From NCBI GenBank assembly GCA_046262595.1, contig JBHEMM010000016.1, forward strand, positions 15,332 through 26,650: DNA of 11,319 nt. The letters are read 5' to 3'. The notes under the pieces are model-generated. The model made no database searches. It was not told where the DNA came from and saw only the letters and a list, made by a program, of their open reading frames with translations. How positions within the stretch are numbered: position 1 is the first letter of the stretch; the number at the start of each line of letters is the position of its first letter. Source of the stretch: Vulcanimicrobiaceae bacterium (GTDB lineage: Bacteria > Vulcanimicrobiota > Vulcanimicrobiia > Vulcanimicrobiales > Vulcanimicrobiaceae). A program made the translations under genes and the position numbers. Of this stretch, positions 5,555 to 11,319 are shown piece by piece.

Positions 5555-6092
5555 CGGGGCGTTCTCCCCGTATGGGCTCGAACGGTTCGCCGCCCGGGCC
5601 GTACTTAATCGGATCTAATCCGCGCCCGTGCAGCAAACGCGAGTTCACTGCGCCCAAACGGATCAAGATGCGATCGTGCCCGAGCAGCGGAAAAAGCAAC
5701 TCCAGCGGCGGGCCGTCCGTTTTTCCGCTCAGCGCCATGCGAACGGCGTAACGCGCGTCGCCCGTGCTAACACCGAACTCCTGCGCCATCACCGCAAGAT
5801 CGTTCTGGAGCGGCAGCCCGCGCAGTTCGGCTTGACTGTCCACATATTGACCGACGGTGTCCAAGAAAAACAGTACGTCGCGCGAGCGCAAGCGCTCCAG
5901 TTCGAGCGCCGGAATGATGCACGATTCTTCTCGCAGTTCCGCAACGCGCGCGCGCGCATCGGCCACAGTGGAGCATTGCGCACCGTACGCCTGCACAAAC
6001 AGATCGATCCAACGCAGCGCCGCATCGGGAGCGGGGGTTTCGAGCACTCCCCATTGCTGCATCGCCGCAGCCAGTTCGTCGCGCGCGATCAT
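5541..6092 (-). CDS. Stand-alone protein resembling the C-terminal anticodon-binding domains of glutamyl-tRNA synthetase (no catalytic domain)
   Basis: [30 protein letters not shown] matches the GluRS C-terminal pattern R-x-A-h-[ST]-G-x3-G-P-x-L...L-[LI]-G-x5-6-R-L. No HIGH or KMSKS. Occupies the gltX slot between ispF and cysE, with ATGA overlap to ispF (6089-6092) and 14-nt overlap to cysE. Confidence 0.8.
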   Translation of the reverse strand: MIARDELAAAMQQWGVLETPAPDAALRWIDLFVQAYGAQCSTVADARARVAELREESCIIPALELERLRSRDVLFFLDTVGQYVDSQAELRGLPLQNDLAVMAQEFGVSTGDARYAVRMALSGKTDGPPLELLFPLLGHDRILIRLGAVNSRLLHGRGLDPIKYGPGGEPFEPIRGERPDGNR

Positions 6093-6562
6093 CGTTCGTC
6101 AATCAGCGCGACGGCGTGAACCGCGATGCCGCTGCCGTCTCCGGTGTAGCCCATGCCTTCGCTCGTCTTCGCTTTCACGCTCACCTGCGAGACGGCAAGC
6201 TCCAACCGCTGCGCGATATTCGCACGCATCTGCTGCAGATACGGCGCCAACTTCGGGCGGTCGACGATGATGCTTGCGTCGACGTTCGTGATGTAGTAGC
6301 CCGCGCGCCGCACGTGCGCGGCGCACTGCGAGAGCAGCGTGAGCGAATCGGCGTCTTTCCAACGCGCATCAGCATCCGGAAAACGTTCGCCAAGATCGCC
6401 CAACGCCGCAGCGCCGAGCAGTGCGTCGCACAGTGCATGCGCGAGCGCATCGGCGTCGGAATGCCCGAGCAGGCCGGTCTCGTTCGGCACGTTCACGCCG
6501 CCCAAAATGAAGGTGCGGCCGGTCACCAAACGGTGTGCGTCGAAGCCATGCCCCACACGCAT
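6089..6562 (-). CDS. ispF: 2-C-methyl-D-erythritol 2,4-cyclodiphosphate synthase
   Basis: MRVGHGFDAH, GHSDADALAHALCDALLGAAALGDLG, NVDASI, PKLAPY, VSVKAKTSEGMG. TAATG overlap with the ispD stop. Confidence 0.97.
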   Translation of the reverse strand: MRVGHGFDAHRLVTGRTFILGGVNVPNETGLLGHSDADALAHALCDALLGAAALGDLGERFPDADARWKDADSLTLLSQCAAHVRRAGYYITNVDASIIVDRPKLAPYLQQMRANIAQRLELAVSQVSVKAKTSEGMGYTGDGSGIAVHAVALIDER

Positions 6563-7230
6563 TACGACCGCGCCTGCAAAAGCATCTCGGCGCGCGTCAG
6601 ATCGGCCGGCAGCGTGACTTTGAAATTTTCCGGCGATCCGGCCACCATGCGAACCGGAATGCCCACACGTTCGAGCAGCATCGCGTCGTCGGTTGCGTCA
6701 ATTCCGTCGTGAATGCCTGCTTCGTGCGCGTCCAACAGTTCGGTTAACATCGCAAACTGCGGCGTTTGCGCGGACCAAAGCACGCCGCGCTCGAGCGTTT
6801 GCATCACGAGGCCGGCGCCGTCCACCATTTTCACCGTATCGACCACCGGAACGCCCAAAACCGCAGCGGCACGCGGGCCGGCGGCCGCCATACCCTTGCG
6901 CACGTCTTCGGGCTCGATCAAGGGGCGTGCGCCGTCGTGCACGAGCACCGCGTCGACGCGGCCGCGCAGCGCCCTGAGTCCTGCGTAGGAACTTGCTTGG
7001 CGCGTCGCCCCGCCCACGACGACTGCACTGTTCACCGCAACGCGCGCCATTGGTTCGATCCATTCGCGTTCCGTTACGACGACGATCTCCTTGATTTCGC
7101 GCATCGATTCAAAAACGCTGACGGACCAAGCCGCCAGCGGTTTCCCTGCAACGGGCAGCAGTTGCTTGGGACGCCCGAAGCGCGTTCCGCGGCCGGCGGC
7201 AACGATCACCGCGCCCCACGCGAGTATCAC
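6562..7230 (-). CDS. ispD: 2-C-methyl-D-erythritol 4-phosphate cytidylyltransferase
   Basis: AAGRGTRFG.PKQ, GGATRQAS, VLVHDGARP, PVVDTVK, QTPQ, NFKVT. GTGA overlap with the upstream PIN/TRAM gene. Confidence 0.96.
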   Translation of the reverse strand: MILAWGAVIVAAGRGTRFGRPKQLLPVAGKPLAAWSVSVFESMREIKEIVVVTEREWIEPMARVAVNSAVVVGGATRQASSYAGLRALRGRVDAVLVHDGARPLIEPEDVRKGMAAAGPRAAAVLGVPVVDTVKMVDGAGLVMQTLERGVLWSAQTPQFAMLTELLDAHEAGIHDGIDATDDAMLLERVGIPVRMVAGSPENFKVTLPADLTRAEMLLQARS

Positions 7231-8330
7231 AGTTTACTGCTTCTGGGACGCGCGAAGATCATGCGTCCGGCAACGGTTTGCAGCACGCTCGTGACGACGA
7301 CATCGGCGCTCTCGCCCAAAAGGCGGCGGCCCTGTTCGACCACCACCATCGTGCCGTCGTCCAGATAGGCGACGCCTTGATGCGGTTCTTTGCCCTCGCG
7401 AACAATTTGAACGTGCATCTCCTCGCCCGGGAGAACGACGGGCTTCACCGCGCCGGCAAGCTCGTTGATGTTGAGCACTTGCACGCCTTCAACACCGGCG
7501 ACGCGGTTAAGATTGTAGTCGTTTGTGAGCAGTCTGCCCGAAAGTTCTTTCGCAACGCGAACAAGTTTCGCGTCCGCTTCGCGAACGTCGGCGTAATCGC
7601 GTTCACTGATCTCGAGCACACCGAGTTCCTGCAGGCGATTGAGCACCTCCAGGCCGCGGCGGCCGCGCGTACGCTTGAGCGGATCGGTCGAATCTGCAAC
7701 GGCTTGCAGCTCGCGCAGAATGAAGCGCGGCAAAATGAACGGGCCTTCCAAAAATCCGGACTCCAAGATTTCGACGATCCGGCCGTCCACGATCACCGAC
7801 GTGTCGATAATTTTCGGCATGCCGTGCGCGCCCGCCGCGCTGCCGGCGCCGAGCGGCAAGAAGTGCACGCGCGCGCCGACCCGAGCGCCCAGATAAGCGG
7901 CGAAGATGCTTATCAAAATGTAGAAGAGGATCGCGAGATAACTTCCCGCAGGCCCCATCGAGGCAACGAACTCAAAAAGGATGCTGCGGATCAAAAAAGC
8001 GACGAGCAAGCCTAAGATGAGTCCCACCGCACCGCCAGCGAGTTCCACCGGCGCAAGCCGTTCGATCGCGCGTTCCACGGCGTTGAGTTCACCCTCAAAG
8101 ATCGTTTGGGCGAGCGGCGCGAGCAGCACGCCGGCGATGGCGCCTACGGCGGGCGTAACGATCGTGAAAGCGAGCTGCCACGCCTCGCTGGTGAAGTGCA
8201 GCGAAAAAAGGTGCAGATACGCCTCGCGCCCGAGCAAGAAACCGGTGATGCCGAAAATTACAGCAAACAAAAACCGCAGCAGTGCCGCGGCGATGCCGGG
8301 CCCTACGCGAGCGTTACGAAGGCCGCGCAT
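7227..8330 (-). CDS. yacL: Membrane-anchored PIN/TRAM domain protein (YacL-like)
   Basis: About four N-terminal hydrophobic segments, PIN motifs KIIDTSVIVDGRI, ELQAVADS.D..KRTRGRRGL, LLTNDYNLN, and TRAM segment GKEPHQGVAYLDDGTMVVVE...VTSVLQTVAGRMIFA. Canonical neighbour of ispD. Exact start uncertain. Confidence 0.92.
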   Translation of the reverse strand: MRGLRNARVGPGIAAALLRFLFAVIFGITGFLLGREAYLHLFSLHFTSEAWQLAFTIVTPAVGAIAGVLLAPLAQTIFEGELNAVERAIERLAPVELAGGAVGLILGLLVAFLIRSILFEFVASMGPAGSYLAILFYILISIFAAYLGARVGARVHFLPLGAGSAAGAHGMPKIIDTSVIVDGRIVEILESGFLEGPFILPRFILRELQAVADSTDPLKRTRGRRGLEVLNRLQELGVLEISERDYADVREADAKLVRVAKELSGRLLTNDYNLNRVAGVEGVQVLNINELAGAVKPVVLPGEEMHVQIVREGKEPHQGVAYLDDGTMVVVEQGRRLLGESADVVVTSVLQTVAGRMIFARPRSSKL

Positions 8331-9430
8331 ACGTCGTTTGCGAGAAAACGGCCGCGGCGCGTGAGGCGCGCGTGCGTTTCATCGACTTCCAGCAGGCCGT
8401 CTTGCGTGAAACGCGCCACCGCGTTGGCATAGAAAGAAGAAAAGTCCAAACCGTAGCGATCTTTGAAGTGCTGCAGAGATACCCCTTGCGCGGTGCGCAG
8501 CGCAAGCATGATTGCCTCGCCGGCACGTTGTGCCCCTTTCAACTCCTCCGATTCACCCGGTATCGCCTCATTTTCTAATGCCGCTTTTACGTACTCGTCC
8601 AGCGACTTGGTGTGAATACTTCGGATGCCGCGCTGGTACGAGGCGGCCCCCACGCCCAGCCCGACGTAATCGCCGTTTGCCCAGTAGTTCGCATTGTGCG
8701 CGCTGCGGTGACCGGGCCGCGCGAAATTGCTGATCTCGTAGTGTTCGAACCCCGCTTCTTCGAGCGTGGCGATCGTGCGCTCGTAGAGTTCCGCTTCCGC
8801 GGCGTCGTCCATGAAGGCTTGCGGTTCGCGATCGCGCCAGCGTTCGTAAGGCGTCTGCGCCTCGACCGTCAATCCGTATGCCGAGATGTGATCCGCGCCG
8901 AGCCGGATCGCCGCGTCGAGCGAGTGCTGCCAGCTCTCGGGCGTTTGGCCCGGAACGGCGAACATCAGATCGACGCTTACGCTGCGCATGCCGGCCGCGC
9001 GCGCGGCATCGACTCCCGCTTGCACGTCGGCCGCGGTATGGCGCCGTCCAAGCGTTGCAATCTCCGCGGCAACGAACGACTGCACGCCGATCGAAAGCCG
9101 GTTGACGCCGCTGCTGCGGTACGTTTGCAGATCCGCCGCACGCACGAGTTCGGGATTGACCTCGATCGTCGTCTCGCGATCTTGCGGCCCCGGATACAGC
9201 GCGTCGAACAAAGCGAGCAGACCGGCGATCTCCTCAGCATCGTACGTATTGGGCGTCCCGCCTCCGAAAAAGACCGTTTCGAAAACGCCGGCGCACGCCC
9301 GGCTGCGCGCTTCAGACTCGAGCGCCGCAAGATAGCGTGCGGCGGCGCTGCGCTTATGCGGCCATTTCGCAAAATCGCAGTACGGACAAATGTAGGGGCA
9401 AAACGGTAGGTGAACGTACAGTGCAGTCAT
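8303..9430 (-). CDS. hemW: Radical SAM heme chaperone HemW (HemN-like)
   Basis: LYVHLPFCPYICPYCDF (CxxxCxxC, no HemN N-terminal extension), FFGGGTP, TIEVNP, RLSIGVQSF, YEISNFA, HNANYW (HNxxYW typical of HemW), GLGVGAAS. Confidence 0.92.
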   Translation of the reverse strand: MTALYVHLPFCPYICPYCDFAKWPHKRSAAARYLAALESEARSRACAGVFETVFFGGGTPNTYDAEEIAGLLALFDALYPGPQDRETTIEVNPELVRAADLQTYRSSGVNRLSIGVQSFVAAEIATLGRRHTAADVQAGVDAARAAGMRSVSVDLMFAVPGQTPESWQHSLDAAIRLGADHISAYGLTVEAQTPYERWRDREPQAFMDDAAEAELYERTIATLEEAGFEHYEISNFARPGHRSAHNANYWANGDYVGLGVGAASYQRGIRSIHTKSLDEYVKAALENEAIPGESEELKGAQRAGEAIMLALRTAQGVSLQHFKDRYGLDFSSFYANAVARFTQDGLLEVDETHARLTRRGRFLANDVCAAFVTLA

Positions 9431-9445
9431 AAAGGCGTCTGCGCA

Positions 9446-10297
9446 TCAATCTTGCGCGCAGAAGATACCAACTGCGCCCGGACCGCCATGGGTTGCGATG
9501 ACAGGCCCCGCCTCGATGAGGGCGATGGCTTTGGGCGTTTGGCCGGCAAAGCGTTCACGCAGGCGCTGCCGCATATCGGCGGCCAGCTGGGGCGCATTCG
9601 TATGCATCACCAAAAAGCGCGCGTTGGGTATATCGTTCGCGGCGGCAAGCGTGAGATCGATCATCGTCTCCCGCGCTCGCGACATCGTGCGCACCTGTGC
9701 CTCGGCAACCACTTCTCCCTCGCGCAAAGCGATCACGGGCACGATCTTCATCAAGGTGCCGAGAACGGCTTTCGCTTTACCGATGCGTCCGGTGCGGACG
9801 ACGTGCGAGAGGTCCGGAATGCAAGCGTACAGGTGCTGCACCGAACGTTGCCGCGCAAGCTCGTTCAGAATAGCGTCGATCCCGGCAGCGGATTTCGCCA
9901 TTTCATGTGCGGTAAGCACCTGCATCTGCAATCCGCCGGCGACCGTTTGCGAATCCACCACCTCGATGTGCGTGCCGGGAAACTGCTGCGCGGCCGCGCG
10001 GGCCGCATTGATCGTTCCCGAAAGTTTGCCGCTGATCGTCACGCAGACGATGTCGCTGCCGGCGTGCACGTGCGGTCGAAACGCGTCCTCGAACATCGAG
10101 GCCGTGGGCTGCGAGGTATTCGGCAGTTCCTTTGCCGCCGCAAGCTTTTGGTAAAAATCCGAACGTGAAAGGTCGAGATAATCGCGATAGCTGCATTCGC
10201 CGAAACGCACGAACAACGGGACCACGTCGATGCCGAGTTGCAAAGCGCGCTGCGGCTCGATGTCCGACGTGCTGTCGGTGACGACGGCGACCGCCAA
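9446..10297 (-). CDS. DegV family fatty-acid-binding protein (FakB-like)
   Basis: VVTDSTSD, PNTSQP, TISGKLSGT, VVDSQTV, TGRIG, VIATHGGPGAVG. TTG start directly abutting the plsX stop. Confidence 0.93.
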   Translation of the reverse strand: MAVAVVTDSTSDIEPQRALQLGIDVVPLFVRFGECSYRDYLDLSRSDFYQKLAAAKELPNTSQPTASMFEDAFRPHVHAGSDIVCVTISGKLSGTINAARAAAQQFPGTHIEVVDSQTVAGGLQMQVLTAHEMAKSAAGIDAILNELARQRSVQHLYACIPDLSHVVRTGRIGKAKAVLGTLMKIVPVIALREGEVVAEAQVRTMSRARETMIDLTLAAANDIPNARFLVMHTNAPQLAADMRQRLRERFAGQTPKAIALIEAGPVIATHGGPGAVGIFCAQD

Positions 10298-11203
10298 CTA
10301 CGCCTCTTTGGCCAAATGCGGCTTGACGAGCTCGGTGATCTTGCCGACGACGTCGCGATCGGCTTCGATGGCCGCTTGCCGCACCGCGTGTTTGACCGCA
10401 TTGCGCGTCGCGCGGCCGTGCGCGACGATGCAGTTTCCGGAAAGGCCGAGCAGCGGCGCTCCGCCGTACGTCTCGTAGTCGAAACGTGTGCGCAGTTTGC
10501 GCAGTGCCGGAAGCATGAGGACGGCGCCGGCTTTGGCGAGCAGATTACCGCCGAGCACCGCTTCCTTGATCACTTTTTGCAAGTCGGAAACCAAACCTTC
10601 GCCCAGTTTAAGCACGACGTTGCCGACGAATCCGTCGACGACCACCACATCGGCGGCATTGTGGAACAGGTCTTTACCCTCGACGTTGCCGGTGAAGTTG
10701 ATGGGCGCTTTGCGCAGCAGTGCGGCGGCTTCGAGCACTTGCGCATTGCCCTTGCTCGGCTCTTCGCCGACGGACAAGATCGCGACGCGCGGATTCGCGA
10801 TGCCGAGCACCGACTTGGAATACGCCGAGCCCATAATGCCGAATTGTTCGAGCCATTCGGGACGGCAATCGACGTTCGCGCCGGAATCGAGCAGCACCAT
10901 CGGGCCGTTCATCGCGGGCCACACGGTCGCGATCGCGGGACGCGCGATGCCGGGGATCGTGCGCAGCCGGATAAGTGCGATAGCCAAGAAAGCACCGCTG
11001 TTGCCTGCCGAAACCACGGCGTCGGCGGTGCCTTCCTTGAGCATGTTGACCGCCACGCCGAGCGACGTCTTCTCGGAGATGCGCAGCGCTTGCGCCGCGT
11101 GCATATCCATCGGCACGGACTCGGGCGCATGAACGACGGTAATCTTCTCGCTTCCCGGGCCGGTAAGCAGCGCGCGCACCTGCGGTTCGTCGCCGACGAG
11201 GGC
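10298..11203 (-). CDS. plsX: Phosphate acyltransferase PlsX, N-terminal ~30-40 residues missing (replaced by foreign sequence)
   Basis: LVGDE, ADAVVSAGNSGA, GIARPAIA, LLDSGANVD, LSVGEEPSKGN, NFTGNVEG, DVVVVDGFVGNVVLK, YGGAPLLGL, HGR. The conserved N-terminal IAVDAMGGD motif is absent although the reading frame stays open to the window end. Confidence 0.9.
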   Translation of the reverse strand, partial: ALVGDEPQVRALLTGPGSEKITVVHAPESVPMDMHAAQALRISEKTSLGVAVNMLKEGTADAVVSAGNSGAFLAIALIRLRTIPGIARPAIATVWPAMNGPMVLLDSGANVDCRPEWLEQFGIMGSAYSKSVLGIANPRVAILSVGEEPSKGNAQVLEAAALLRKAPINFTGNVEGKDLFHNAADVVVVDGFVGNVVLKLGEGLVSDLQKVIKEAVLGGNLLAKAGAVLMLPALRKLRTRFDYETYGGAPLLGLSGNCIVAHGRATRNAVKHAVRQAAIEADRDVVGKITELVKPHLAKEA

Positions 11204-11319
11204 GTGGACCTGGTGCACTTCGACAAGGGCCAGCGCAAAGACGACATCGCCCAGTCCTACCTGGCCACCCACGACGGCTCCGAGGGGACCTTGTTCGTGG
11301 GCCGGGCCCAGGAGAAGAC
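11183..11319 (+). other. Internal fragment of an unrelated coding sequence, resembling an uncharacterised, probably mobile-element-encoded protein family
   Basis: + frame from 11183 reads RFVADEGVDLVHFDKGQRKDDIAQSYLATHDGSEGTLFVGRAQEK(T) with no stop to the edge. Third positions are almost all G/C, with GCC/ACC/TCC/CTG codons. The F.KGQRKDD...YL.....EG.LF.GRAQEK pattern is recalled from multicopy IS-like hypothetical genes (not verified by search). Confidence 0.6.

Noticed and set aside
5541..6092. Frameshifted gltX pseudogene
   Set aside because: The ORF is uninterrupted, starts with an ATGA overlap on the ispF stop, and there is no upstream room for remnants of the catalytic domain. Decay cannot be excluded without comparative data.
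8303..9430. Oxygen-independent coproporphyrinogen III oxidase HemN
   Set aside because: It lacks the HemN N-terminal extension and has YCDF and HNxxYW, typical of HemW.
11204..11272. ORF-track start of plsX at 11272 (MGGQVG...), superficially like the PlsX DAMGGD motif
   Set aside because: The M is a GTG, the flanks (GAV-V-GGQ) do not match IAVDAMGGD, and the segment is better explained as the antisense of a + strand coding fragment.
1..11319. CRISPR array, tandem repeats or complete IS element
   Set aside because: No regularly spaced direct repeats, terminal inverted repeats or full transposase seen; short (GC)n runs such as 947-959 are ordinary Arg/Ala codons.

Overview
GC-rich bacterial chromosomal segment, mostly housekeeping. 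A tightly coupled minus-strand run reads plsX (5' part missing) - degV - hemW - PIN/TRAM membrane protein (YacL-like) - ispD - ispF - [183-aa protein resembling only the C-terminal anticodon-binding half of glutamyl-tRNA synthetase] - cysE - cysS - rlmB. It is followed by an oppositely oriented hypothetical gene, a Bacillota-type sigH with its own near-consensus sigma70/SigA promoter, a VOC/glyoxalase gene, a RidA-family gene, a 4-Cys thioredoxin-like ferredoxin/DUF1636-like gene and a partial tRNA-Thr(UGU). The order mirrors the Bacillus yacL-ispD-ispF-gltX-cysE-cysS-mrnC-rlmB-yacP-sigH locus, but mrnC and yacP are absent. Three points stand out. (1) A free-standing, translationally coupled GluRS anticodon-binding-domain gene sits exactly where gltX normally lies. 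(2) The last ~120-135 bp are not plsX but an in-register antisense fragment of an unrelated, probably mobile-element, gene, i.e. a chimeric or recombinant junction. (3) SigH-like promoter motifs precede the small + strand genes around sigH, two of them apparently leaderless. All family assignments are from motif recognition by eye; no searches were run. A non-Bacillota Terrabacteria host such as Eremiobacterota/Vulcanimicrobiota is only a guess.
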